Shown: positions 8,266 to 16,796, numbered from the stretch's first letter. The stretch: DNA of 64,000 nt from Mycobacteriales bacterium (GCA_030697205.1 JAUYQP010000052.1:27867-91866), one strand, 5' to 3'. Notes: generated by a model not told the origin, from the letters alone. Program-made: numbers and translations.

Positions 8266-9024
8266 GTGCTGAGGATCGGGGCCCACGTCGGGCAGGACGC
8301 GCCCGTTGCGGAAGCCGCGGAGCGGGGGGCGGACCTGCTGCAGGTCTTCCTCGGCGACCCGCAGGGGTGGAAGAAGCCGGTGGTGCCGGCGGAGCTCGAG
8401 GAGCGGGGGTCGCTGGAGCTCTACGTGCACGCGCCCTACGTCGTCAACCTCGCCTCGACCAACAACAAGATCCGCATCCCGTCGCGCAAGATCCTCGCCG
8501 AGCACTGCGCCGCCGCGGCCGCGCTCGGTGCCACGGCCGTGATCGTGCACGGCGGCCACGTCTCGAAGGGCGACGACCCGGCGGTCGGCGTCGCCAACTG
8601 GGTGAAGGCCTTCGAGCGGTGGGAGGCGCCGCTGCCGGTGCTGCTCGAGAACACCGCCGGCGGCGACCACGCGATGGCCCGCCGCTTCGACGCGCTCGCG
8701 CGGCTGTGGGACGGCATCGGCGGCTTCCCGAACGTCGGCTTCTGCCTCGACACCTGCCACGCGCACGCCGGCGGGGAGGCCCTGGTCGACGTGGTCTCGC
8801 GGGTGACGGCGATCACGGGGCGGATCGACCTGGTGCACTGCAACGACTCGCGCGACGCCTTCGGGTCGGGTGCGGACCGGCACGCCAACGTGGGGTCGGG
8901 CGAGATCGGGGCGGACGCCCTGGTGGCGGTGGTCGCCGCGGCCGGCGCCCCCGTGGTGGTCGAGACCCCGAGCGCCGGCCACGCCGAGGACATCGCCTAC
9001 CTCCGCGCCCACCTCCCCACCTGA
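8266..9024 (+). CDS. nfo: Deoxyribonuclease IV (endonuclease IV, AP endonuclease family 2)
   Basis: 252 aa, with [63 protein letters not shown] matching the TIM-barrel metal-ligand pattern. Confidence 0.88.
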   Translation: MLRIGAHVGQDAPVAEAAERGADLLQVFLGDPQGWKKPVVPAELEERGSLELYVHAPYVVNLASTNNKIRIPSRKILAEHCAAAAALGATAVIVHGGHVSKGDDPAVGVANWVKAFERWEAPLPVLLENTAGGDHAMARRFDALARLWDGIGGFPNVGFCLDTCHAHAGGEALVDVVSRVTAITGRIDLVHCNDSRDAFGSGADRHANVGSGEIGADALVAVVAAAGAPVVVETPSAGHAEDIAYLRAHLPT

Positions 9025-9089
9025 CCGCGCGGCCCCCCGCCCCCCCCGCCCCCCGCCCCCCCGCGCTCCCCCCGCCCCGCCCCCCTGGC

Positions 9090-9148
9090 GATTGGGTGGC
9101 TTTCCTCGGCGTGGCGCGACGGGACACGCCGAGAGAGTCCGCCCAATC
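9090..9148 (+). repeat. Conserved hairpin core, copy a (GATTGGGTGGCTTTCCTCGGCG..ACACGCCGAG..CCCAATC), preceded by a ~65-nt poly-C-rich tract
   Basis: One of four near-identical cores; the others are at 10327, 29639 and 57492. Its arms are inverted repeats. It lies immediately downstream of the nfo stop. Confidence 0.85.
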
Positions 9149-9259
9149 GGCAACGGGTCGGGCGGCGGATAGCGGCGCGGGTCGGCGACATCCACAGGGC
9201 GCGGGGTCCGTCCACAGATCGCCGTCCGGGGATGGCGGGGTGGGTCGAGCGACGGCTGG

Positions 9260-10306
9260 ATGTACGACGTGGACGCACTTCGACGTCAGGTCGTGTCAGC
9301 GCTGGCCGCTCCCCGGGCGGGAGTGGTGAGCAGGGCGCTTCTTCTCGAGGCGGGGTGCGATCACGAGCTCGCCCTGCGGGAGGTGCGCGCCCGGCGGTGG
9401 CTCGAGCTCTTGCCGGGCATCTACCTCACCAGTCCCGGCCCCGCGGACCTCGTGCAGCGCTGCCACGCTGCGCTGCTCCACACCGGCCGTCGTGGCCGGA
9501 TCACCGGCGCCGCGGGCTGCTGGCTGCACGGGCTCGCCGGCATCCGCGAGCCGGACGGTCCGGTGCGCGTGCTGGTGGATCACGAGACGACCCGCTCGAC
9601 CAACGAGACGTGCTCGCTCGTGCGCACCCGCCACCTGCCCGCTTCCGTCGAGCACCGCCTACCGGGGCTACGACCACTGCTGCTCGCCGACCTCCCACGC
9701 TGCGTCGCCGACGCCGTCCGTGACTGCCGGTCGCTGCGTGACGCCCGCGCGATCGGGACGGCCGGTCGCCGCGACCCGCGGGTCGACTGGGACGCCGTCG
9801 TGATGCACGCGCGCCGTCCCGGCCCCGGCGCCGGTCACCTCCCGCGGGTCGTACACGACATCGTCGACGGCATCCGTTCGGCGCCGGAGGGGGACCTGCA
9901 CGACCACCTGCTGCCGGCTGCCCGGCGCGGGGTGCTCCCGCCGTACCTCCTCAACCCGGACGTCTACGTCGACGGCGTGCTGATGGGCTCGCCGGACGCG
10001 TGGTTCCTCGGGCTCGGCCTCGGTGACGAGCAGGACAGCGAGGAGTGGCACGGCACCGCGGACCTGCTCGACACCACGTTGCTGCGTCACGAGCGGTGGC
10101 GCGGCGTCGGGTTGCTGCTCCACCACGCGACCCCAAAGCGGTTCCGCAGGGACCCGGCTGCCCACATCCGCACGCTGGCCGGGCTCGCGGCGGAACGGCG
10201 GACGCTGCTGGCTCCCGAGCCGCCGGGGCTGGTGGTGCTCGCCCGCGGCCCGCTGCTGCCGGCCCGGACACCCTGGCCGCAGGTCGAGGGTCGCCGCGCG
10301 GCCTGA
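9260..10306 (+). CDS. Hypothetical protein, AbiEi_4-like N-terminal domain plus degenerate DUF559/Vsr-like C-terminal region
   Basis: 348 aa. The N-terminus AGVVSRALLLEAGCDHELALREVRARRWLELLPGIYL resembles the AbiEi_4 pattern. The C-terminus reads NPDVYVDGVLMGSPDAWFLGLGLGDEQDSEEWHG. The call rests on motif resemblance only. Confidence 0.55.
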   Translation: MYDVDALRRQVVSALAAPRAGVVSRALLLEAGCDHELALREVRARRWLELLPGIYLTSPGPADLVQRCHAALLHTGRRGRITGAAGCWLHGLAGIREPDGPVRVLVDHETTRSTNETCSLVRTRHLPASVEHRLPGLRPLLLADLPRCVADAVRDCRSLRDARAIGTAGRRDPRVDWDAVVMHARRPGPGAGHLPRVVHDIVDGIRSAPEGDLHDHLLPAARRGVLPPYLLNPDVYVDGVLMGSPDAWFLGLGLGDEQDSEEWHGTADLLDTTLLRHERWRGVGLLLHHATPKRFRRDPAAHIRTLAGLAAERRTLLAPEPPGLVVLARGPLLPARTPWPQVEGRRAA

Positions 10307-10326
10307 TCAGTGCGCGCCTCCCCCAG

Positions 10327-10385
10327 GATTGGGTGGCTTTCCTCGGCGCGGCGGCCGTCGACACGCCGAGGATTGCCACCCAATC
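10327..10385 (+). repeat. Conserved hairpin core, copy b, followed by a ~45-nt G-run tract
   Basis: GATTGGGTGGCTTTCCTCGGCGCGGCGGCCGTCGACACGCCGAGGATTGCCACCCAATC. It has the same orientation as copies a, c and d. Confidence 0.85.
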
Positions 10386-10561
10386 CGCCAGAGGAGGGCT
10401 GCAAGGGGCGGGCGGGGGCGGGGCGGGGCGCGGGGCGAGCGGGCGGAAAGTGGGGCAGGTCTGGACGTAGCAACATCACTCGGGCAGGCTGGCGGGACGG
10501 CCCCCACCTCTACCCCTCGCGAGGGGTGGCCACACCCAGCAGGCTCCTCGGAAGGCCGCCC

Positions 10562-11908
10562 GTGCTCCGCCGTACCGCTGTCGTCGTCGCCCTCGCCGTG
10601 ACCGCCCCCGTCCTACCGAGCCTGGCTGCGCCCACCGTCCTCGAGCCGGTCGTGCGCTCTGCCGCACTGGCCGTCGGCACCACGACTGCGGCGGTCCGCG
10701 ATGCCCGGCTGGTCGGCGTCACCTGGCAGAGCGGCGCCGCGACCGTCCGGCTGCGCTGGCGGACCCCCGCCGGCTGGACCGCCTGGGACCAGCCCGAGAC
10801 CGAGGCACCGGCCGGCACGACCCCGTCGACCGAGCCGTCCTGGCGGCCCACGGGCGCGAGCGATGTCCAGCTGCACGTGACCGGGGCGCCGCGCGGGCTG
10901 CGCCTGGTCACCGTCGCCGACGCGACGACCCGGCGACCAGCCGCACGCAGCGCACAGGCCGCGACCCGGCCCGCTAGCGGTCTGCTCCGCGCGAAGAACC
11001 GCGCGGACTGGGGCGCCGACGAGTCGATCCGCAAGGGCCGCCCCGAGTACGCCGGCAGCGTGCGGGCCGTCGTCGTCCACCACACCGTCCAGCGCAACGA
11101 CTACGACGCGAGCGACGTCCCCGCGCTGATCCGCGCCGACTACGCCTATCACGTGCGCAGCCGTGGCTGGGACGACCTCGGCTACAACCTGCTCGTCGAC
11201 CGGTTCGGCCAGGTGTGGGAGGGCCGCAAGGGCGGCTTCGGCAAGGCCACGATCGGCAGCCACGCCGCCGGGTTCAACACCGCCACCCTGGGCGTCGCGG
11301 TGCTCGGCGACTACACGAAGGCGCGCCCGACGCAGCCGGTGACCCATGCCCTGGCCCGGGTCGCGGCCTACGCCGCCGCCACCTGGCGCTTCGACCCGAC
11401 CGGCACCGTCACCCTCACCAGCAAGGGCTCGCCCCGCTACCGCGCCGGCCGGCAGGCCACCCTGCCGCGGGTCTTCGGACACCAGGCGACCTCGACGACC
11501 GCGTGCCCCGGGTCGCTGATGGACGCGCTGTCCGAGGTCCGGCGCGGCGCGAAGATCCTGCTGGGCCCGGCCCCGCGGGTCACCGAGACCGCCGTGACCG
11601 GCGCCCCCGTCCACGCGCCCACCCCGCTGGTGGTCACCGGGCAGCTCAGTCACATCGCCCCCTGGCGGGTCGAGCTCACCGACCCAGCCGGCGACGTCGT
11701 CGCGCAGGAGAGCGGTGAGGGCACCGAGGTCCGCCTCGAGTGGGCCGGCCTGCGCTCGGCACCGGTCGGGCTGGGCGAGGAGGGGCCCGCTGTCCTGCCG
11801 GCCGCCCCTGGCCGCTACCGCTGGGCCATCACCGTGGACGACGGCTGGCACGACCCGTTCGTCCGTGACGACGTCGTCAAGGTCGGCCTGCCCGTCGTTC
11901 CCGTCTAG
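10562..11908 (+). CDS. Secreted N-acetylmuramoyl-L-alanine amidase (Amidase_2/PGRP domain)
   Basis: Track ORF 10310..11908. GTG 10562 follows GGAAGG and gives the signal peptide VLRRTAVVVALAVTAPVLPSLAAP. The domain reads VVVHHTVQRNDY..YAYHVRSRGWDDLGYNLLVDRFGQVWEGR..GSHAAGFNTATLGVAVLGDY. Confidence 0.85.
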   Translation: MLRRTAVVVALAVTAPVLPSLAAPTVLEPVVRSAALAVGTTTAAVRDARLVGVTWQSGAATVRLRWRTPAGWTAWDQPETEAPAGTTPSTEPSWRPTGASDVQLHVTGAPRGLRLVTVADATTRRPAARSAQAATRPASGLLRAKNRADWGADESIRKGRPEYAGSVRAVVVHHTVQRNDYDASDVPALIRADYAYHVRSRGWDDLGYNLLVDRFGQVWEGRKGGFGKATIGSHAAGFNTATLGVAVLGDYTKARPTQPVTHALARVAAYAAATWRFDPTGTVTLTSKGSPRYRAGRQATLPRVFGHQATSTTACPGSLMDALSEVRRGAKILLGPAPRVTETAVTGAPVHAPTPLVVTGQLSHIAPWRVELTDPAGDVVAQESGEGTEVRLEWAGLRSAPVGLGEEGPAVLPAAPGRYRWAITVDDGWHDPFVRDDVVKVGLPVVPV

Positions 11909-11917
11909 CCTGCCCGG

Positions 11918-13180
11918 GTGGTCGACCGTCGACGGCTCGCTGCCGCCCTGCTGCTGCTGACCGGTGTGCTCGTCGTCGCCGGCTACCTGCTCAAGGCGCA
12001 GTGCAAGCCCGACTACAATGCCGACCGCGACCGGCTGCTGTGCAGCAACGACATCCAGTTCCTGTACGACGCACGAGGCCTGCGCGAGCAGCGCTTCCCC
12101 TACGTCGAGGGCGGTCTGGAGCGGCCCCTCGGACCGGACGGCCTGCCCGGTGCGCCGCAGCTCACCGGCGGCGTCCTCGAGTACCCCGTCCTCACCGGCC
12201 TCGCCGCGTGGCTGCCGTCGCTGTGGGTGGACAGCGCCCCGGCCTACCTGTCGGCGACCGCGCTGGTCCTGGCGCCGTTCGCGTTCCTCACCACCTGGCT
12301 GCTCGCGCGGATGGTCCGCTGGCGGGCGCTGGTCTGGGCCGCGGGGCCACCGCTGGTCTGGTACTCCTTCCACAACTGGGACCTGCTGGTCGTCGCCGCC
12401 ACCGTCGGTGCCGTCTACCTGTGGTGGCGCGGTCACCCGAGCGCGGCGGCGGCGGCGCTGGCCGTCGGGGCGTCGCTCAAGCTGTGGCCGGGCTTCCTCG
12501 TCGTCGCCCTGCTGCTCTGGCACCTGCGCCGCGGTGACCGCTCCGGGGCCGCGTCCTCCGCGGGTGCCTTCGCGCTGGTGACGGCCGCGGTCAACGTCCC
12601 CTTCTTGGTCGTCAACGCCGACGGGTGGTGGGCGCCGTACGCCTTCCAGAAGCTGCGGGGGGCCGACATCACCTCCAACAGCATCTGGTTCTGGGGCCTC
12701 CCGGAGCTCACGACCGACCAGCTCAACCGGCTCGTGCCGGCGCTGCTCGTCGCCTGCTGGGCTGCCGTGCTCGGCTACGCCTGGTGGCGCTCGCGCCCGG
12801 CGGGACCGACACCTGGCGACTACCCGTGGGTGCAGGTCAGCGCCGCGATGCTGTGCGCGTTCATGCTCCTCAACAAGGCGCACTCGCCGCAGTTCGCCCT
12901 GTGGCTGCTGCCGTTCTTCGCGCTCGTCCGCGTCCGGTGGGGGTGGTGGACGGCCTACCTCGCCTTCGACGCGCTGCTCTACGTCGGGCTCTTCCGCTGG
13001 TACTTCGACCTCAGCCGCGGCATCGACTTCGGCATCCCGAAGCAGATGTTGGTGCTGGGCGTCTGGGGCCGGGCTGTCATGCTCGTGCTGCTCATGGTCG
13101 TCTTCGTCCGCAGCGAGCTCGCCACCGACGAGCCGCGCCCGATCGGGGCCGACGCCCGCGAGCCCGCGCTGGTGATGTAG
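11918..13180 (+). CDS. Polytopic GT-C-type membrane glycosyltransferase-like protein (DUF2029/GT87-like, Rv0051-like family)
   Basis: 420 aa, multi-TM. It shares C..LC(S/Y)(N/T)D..LY and EYP(V/P)(L/V)(T/I)G motifs with the 17077..18795 paralogue. Confidence 0.7.
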   Translation: MVDRRRLAAALLLLTGVLVVAGYLLKAQCKPDYNADRDRLLCSNDIQFLYDARGLREQRFPYVEGGLERPLGPDGLPGAPQLTGGVLEYPVLTGLAAWLPSLWVDSAPAYLSATALVLAPFAFLTTWLLARMVRWRALVWAAGPPLVWYSFHNWDLLVVAATVGAVYLWWRGHPSAAAAALAVGASLKLWPGFLVVALLLWHLRRGDRSGAASSAGAFALVTAAVNVPFLVVNADGWWAPYAFQKLRGADITSNSIWFWGLPELTTDQLNRLVPALLVACWAAVLGYAWWRSRPAGPTPGDYPWVQVSAAMLCAFMLLNKAHSPQFALWLLPFFALVRVRWGWWTAYLAFDALLYVGLFRWYFDLSRGIDFGIPKQMLVLGVWGRAVMLVLLMVVFVRSELATDEPRPIGADAREPALVM

Positions 13181-13232
13181 ATGTGGCCCTCGGGAACGGG
13201 ACGGATCTGGACAAGGTCCTTACACTTCTGAT

Positions 13233-13916
13233 ATGACGCCCTCCGGGCATGTGGTGCTCGTGGTGGACAACGACGCTTGCGCTCGAAGCGTGACCGCCGA
13301 CGGGCTGCGCCGAGCCGGGATGACGGTGCTCGAGGCGGCGGATGAGTGCTCGGCGCAGGCGCTGCTCGACGACGACAACGGGATCGACATGGTCGTGCTC
13401 GACGTGGCCCTCCCCGGAGCGAACGGCCTGCGGTTCCTCAGCCGGCTGCGCGCGGCGAGCATGATCCCGATCATCGTGCTGACCGATCGTGACACCGACG
13501 TCGACCGGATCATGGGGCTCGAGATGGGCGCGGACGACTACCTCGTCAAGCCGTGCGCCAACCGGGAGCTGACGGCCAGGGTGATGGGGGCGCTGCGGCG
13601 GCGCGACCAGAGCGGCGCGGCCGCGCCCGACCGCACCCGCGTCGGGATGGACCTGGGCCGCCGTGAGCTGCGGGTGGACGGGAGGCCGGTCGAGGTCACG
13701 CGCATGGAGTTCGACCTGCTCGCCTGCCTGATGACCCACCGCGGTCGCGTCCTGTCGCGCCAGGAGCTCCTCGACCTGGTCTGGACCGGTACTGCGCTGT
13801 CCGCGCTCCCTACCGTCACCGAGCACGTGCGCCGGCTGCGGCTCGCTCTCGAGGGCTCCGACGGTCCCGCCCTCATCAGGACGGTCCGCGGGCTCGGCTA
13901 CGTCTACGACGGGTGA
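13233..13916 (+). CDS. OmpR/PhoB-family response regulator (no cognate kinase gene adjacent)
   Basis: Receiver domain: VVLVVDND..MVVLDVALPGANG..PIIVLT..GADDYLVKP. Winged helix: EFDLLACLMTHRGRVLSRQELLDLVW..IRTVRGLGYVY. Confidence 0.88.
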   Translation: MTPSGHVVLVVDNDACARSVTADGLRRAGMTVLEAADECSAQALLDDDNGIDMVVLDVALPGANGLRFLSRLRAASMIPIIVLTDRDTDVDRIMGLEMGADDYLVKPCANRELTARVMGALRRRDQSGAAAPDRTRVGMDLGRRELRVDGRPVEVTRMEFDLLACLMTHRGRVLSRQELLDLVWTGTALSALPTVTEHVRRLRLALEGSDGPALIRTVRGLGYVYDG

Positions 13917-13948
13917 GCCGCGCTCTCTACGACGGGTGAGCCGCGCTC
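13903..13948. repeat. Perfect 23-bp tandem duplication (tctacgacgggtgagccgcgctc x2) spanning the convergent gene ends
   Basis: Unit 1 is 13903-13925 and includes the response-regulator stop at 13914-13916. Unit 2 is 13926-13948 and abuts the DUF5317 stop at 13947-13949. Confidence 0.9.
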
Positions 13949-14549
13949 AGCCCTGCGTGCCCGCGGCTGCCAGCCGGGTCGCCTTCGCCCAGGACGGCGT
14001 CGCGGCACTGCGTCGGCGCTGCGCCCTCGTGGGTCGCCGGCAGGTCACGTGGATCGCGTAGACCGCGCCGGCGAGGATGAGCGCGTCGCCGACGCTGTAG
14101 ACGTTGCGCAGGGGCAGCCAGGCCGGTGAGGCGAAGACGTCGCCCAGGAAGCCCAGCCGTGGGTCGGCCAGCGCGGCGGAGTTCACGAACTCGCCCGGGG
14201 GCGTGGTGATGCCCGCCTGTCGCAGGGCGCTCGGGGACGCCGGCAGCGTGCCGCCGTTGAGCGCGATCGTCACCGCGTTGAGGGCCGCGCCGAGCGCCAC
14301 CAGCGGCACTCCCGCCACCCGGCGGTTGAGCCACACGAAGGCCGCGGCCAGGCCGTAGGACGCCAGGTGGGCCGCGACGAGGACCGGTCGTGGCCACCCC
14401 GGCACGACGCTGATCGCCAGGACCTGCAGGAGCAGGGCGACGACGATGAGCCGCTGCCGCTCGAGGCCGAGCTGCGTCAGCCGCTCGAGCCTGCCGCCCG
14501 TCAGCGGGACCGCGACCAGTGCGAGGAGCAGCAGCGCGAGGATCAGCAT
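13947..14549 (-). CDS. DUF5317-like polytopic membrane protein
   Basis: This is the 200-aa C-terminal part of track ORF 13947..15023, starting at ATG 14549 (MLILALLLLALVAVPLTGG..). Its start overlaps the GGDEF-EAL stop (ATGCTGA). The upstream part of the track ORF is an out-of-frame read-through of the EAL gene. Confidence 0.7.
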   Translation of the reverse strand: MLILALLLLALVAVPLTGGRLERLTQLGLERQRLIVVALLLQVLAISVVPGWPRPVLVAAHLASYGLAAAFVWLNRRVAGVPLVALGAALNAVTIALNGGTLPASPSALRQAGITTPPGEFVNSAALADPRLGFLGDVFASPAWLPLRNVYSVGDALILAGAVYAIHVTCRRPTRAQRRRSAATPSWAKATRLAAAGTQG

Positions 14550-16588
14550 GCGGTGCTTCGCTCCTGCGGCGGTACGTCCGGAACGGTGTGGAGACCGGAC
14601 AGGGGGTGCTTCGACACGATCCAGGGCAGGACCTCGGACGCGGGCAGGGGGCGGCTGACGACGTAGCCCTGGATGGTGTCGCAGCGCCAGGACTCGAGCA
14701 GCCGCAGCGCCCGGCCCGTCTCGACGCCCTCGGCCACGACCCGCAGGCCGAGGTTGTGCGCGAGCTCGATGGTGGACCGGACGATGACGGCGTCGTCCGG
14801 GCTGCTCTCGAGGGACTGGACGAACGACTTGTCGATCTTGAGCTCGTCGACCGCGAGGTCGCGGAGGTAGGCGAGCGAGGAGTAGCCGGTGCCGAAGTCG
14901 TCGACGGCCAGGCTGATCCCGAGGTCGCGGAGCTCGGCCAGGACCGTCGCGGCCCGCACCGGGTCGGCCATGATGACGGTCTCCGTCACCTCGAGGACGA
15001 GGGCGGAGCCGGGCAGGTCCCACGTGCGCAGGAGCCCGCGGACGGCCTCGGGCAGAGCGAGGTCGGAGATGTGCCGCGCCGACAGGTTCACCGCGACGGT
15101 CACGTCATGGCCCTGCGCGCGCCAGCTCGCCACGGCCCCGAGGGCGGTGTCGACGATCGCGATCGTCATCGGGCCGATGAGCCCGGTGTTCTCCGCGACC
15201 GGGAGGAAGGTGTCGGGCAGCAGCCGGCCGTGCTGCGGGTGGTCCCACCTGCACAGCGCCTCGAAGCCCTGCAGCTGCCCAGTGGAGGCGCTCACCTGCG
15301 GCTGGTACTCGAGGAAGATCTGGTCACCCTCGTCGAGGGCGACCCGCAGCTCGGCGGCGAGCGCCAGCCGCTCGACCGTGTGCCTGTCGGCACTGGACTC
15401 GTAGACGCTGATCGTGCCGCGGTCCACCTTCGCGGCGTAGAGCGCGATGTCGGCCCGCTGGACCAGGGTGTCGACGTCGACCCCGTGCGCGGGGGAGATG
15501 GCGATGCCGATGCTGGCCTGCACGTCGAGCCGGACGCCCTGCACGGTGAAGGACTCCCGCAGGGACTCGAGCAGACGGCGACCCAGGTCGAGGGCGTCCT
15601 CGTGCCGCCCGACGGGGGCCAGCACCGCGAACTCGTCCCCGCCGAGGCGGGCCACGGTGTCGACGCCGCGCGTCCCGGTGCGCAGTCGCTTGCCGACCTC
15701 GATGATCAGCTCGTCGCCGATGTGGTGGCCGAGGGTGTCGTTGATCTCCTTGAAGTGGTCCAGGTCGACCAGCATCACGGCGATGCCGCGGTGGGTCCGG
15801 TCGGCGTCTTGCAGGCTGCGCTCGGCGCGGAGGCGGAACAGCGAGCGGTTGGGCAGGCCGGTGAGCGAGTCGTGCAGCGCCGTGTGCTCGCGCTCGGCGG
15901 CCAACTGGGCGCTCTTGTGGATCGCGAGGATCGGCAGCACCAGCAGGGGGGCCAGCCACAGGCTGTCGTGCAGCGCCGTCGCGACGACGGGCGCGAAGCT
16001 GAGCAGCACCCCGGAGGTGGCGAGCTGGAAGCGGATGTCGGCCCGCAGGTGCGCGCCGACGGGGACGTCCTGCGCGAGGGCCGTCACGATGCCGGACAGC
16101 AGGTTGTTGATGCAGAAGAAGACGACGCCCGCGCACAGGGCCGCCGGGATGTCGCCGGGGACGGACAGCGGTGCCGCCGAGAGGGGGTCCTTGCCCGTCA
16201 GCAGGCAGAAGGTCGCGCGGGACGCGACCACGGTCAGGCTGTACTGCGCGACGTTGAAGACGGTCTTGACGAGCGGCTTGCCCGAGCGGGCGTCCTCGAT
16301 GGCGACGGAGACGCCCTGTGCCAGGAGGGCGAGGCCCAGGGGGCCGACGAGGATGAGCGCGAGGCTGAAGGTCGAGGAGATCGTGATCTCGTCGGAGGTG
16401 TCACCGCGGGCGATGACGATGGGGCGGAGCTCGCCGAGCAGGATGAGCAAGGCCAGCAGCAGGTGGATCCGGCTGTAGGTGACGAGCGAGCGCGGCTCGG
16501 TGAATGCCCCGACGAAGGCCAGGGCCAGGAGGGCGGCCACGCACACACTGACGACGATGCGGCGAACGCTGAGTGGGAGCTGGGTCAT
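14543..16588 (-). CDS. Membrane-bound GGDEF-EAL protein (diguanylate cyclase/c-di-GMP phosphodiesterase)
   Basis: ATG 16588 follows AAGGAGG. The N-terminus is multi-TM. Motifs seen are RLGGDEFAVL, FEALCRW and DDFGTGYSSLAYL. Confidence 0.9.
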   Translation of the reverse strand: MTQLPLSVRRIVVSVCVAALLALAFVGAFTEPRSLVTYSRIHLLLALLILLGELRPIVIARGDTSDEITISSTFSLALILVGPLGLALLAQGVSVAIEDARSGKPLVKTVFNVAQYSLTVVASRATFCLLTGKDPLSAAPLSVPGDIPAALCAGVVFFCINNLLSGIVTALAQDVPVGAHLRADIRFQLATSGVLLSFAPVVATALHDSLWLAPLLVLPILAIHKSAQLAAEREHTALHDSLTGLPNRSLFRLRAERSLQDADRTHRGIAVMLVDLDHFKEINDTLGHHIGDELIIEVGKRLRTGTRGVDTVARLGGDEFAVLAPVGRHEDALDLGRRLLESLRESFTVQGVRLDVQASIGIAISPAHGVDVDTLVQRADIALYAAKVDRGTISVYESSADRHTVERLALAAELRVALDEGDQIFLEYQPQVSASTGQLQGFEALCRWDHPQHGRLLPDTFLPVAENTGLIGPMTIAIVDTALGAVASWRAQGHDVTVAVNLSARHISDLALPEAVRGLLRTWDLPGSALVLEVTETVIMADPVRAATVLAELRDLGISLAVDDFGTGYSSLAYLRDLAVDELKIDKSFVQSLESSPDDAVIVRSTIELAHNLGLRVVAEGVETGRALRLLESWRCDTIQGYVVSRPLPASEVLPWIVSKHPLSGLHTVPDVPPQERSTAC

Positions 16589-16697
16589 GGACTGACCTCC
16601 TTGTGGCCGTCGGAGTGGTGTGCGAGCTGCCACGTCCGCGCCCCGAGGGGAGACGCGGACGCGGGTCAGCGGGGGCCGCGCGCAGCGGCCGGCCTGG

Positions 16698-16796
16698 CTA
16701 GTGCCACTTCACGCCGGCACCCACGGTGGCTACCAGCGCGACGAGACCGCCGGAGGCGAGGACCGCAGTCCGAATGCGCTTCGAGATCGTCTTCAT
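16698..16796 (-). CDS. Small hydrophobic peptide ORF (32 aa), not in ORF track
   Basis: TAGGAGGTGAAC precedes the ATG. The peptide is MKTISKRIRTAVLASGGLVALVATVGAGVKWH, followed by TAG. 27 of 32 third codon positions are G/C. It lies 110 nt upstream of the GGDEF-EAL gene on the same strand. Confidence 0.5.
   Translation of the reverse strand: MKTISKRIRTAVLASGGLVALVATVGAGVKWH

Noticed and set aside
10310-10561. N-terminal 84 codons of track ORF 10310..11908 (amidase)
   Set aside because: This stretch translates the hairpin core and the poly-G tract (..IGWLSSARRPSTRRGLPPNP..GRAGAGRGAGRAGG). The same repeat is read in other frames at other copies. GTG 10562 has an SD-like GGAAGG and yields a proper signal peptide.
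10613-12883. 756-aa minus-strand ORF. Similar giant ORFs occur at 14519..16879 (+), 18834..20957 (+), 21018..22676 (+), 23363..25627 (+), 25560..27587 (+), 40205..42607 (-), 42604..43923 (-), 45443..47119 (-), 58744..60354 (+) and 60273..62132 (+).
   Set aside because: Each mirrors a gene with clear domain signatures on the opposite strand (amidase/GT-C, GGDEF-EAL, PBP, S8 proteases, Rv3909-like, murJ, pseudokinase, parA/rsmG, jag/yidC). Their products are R/G/A/P/D-rich without recognisable motifs. I saw no evidence for genuine overprinting.
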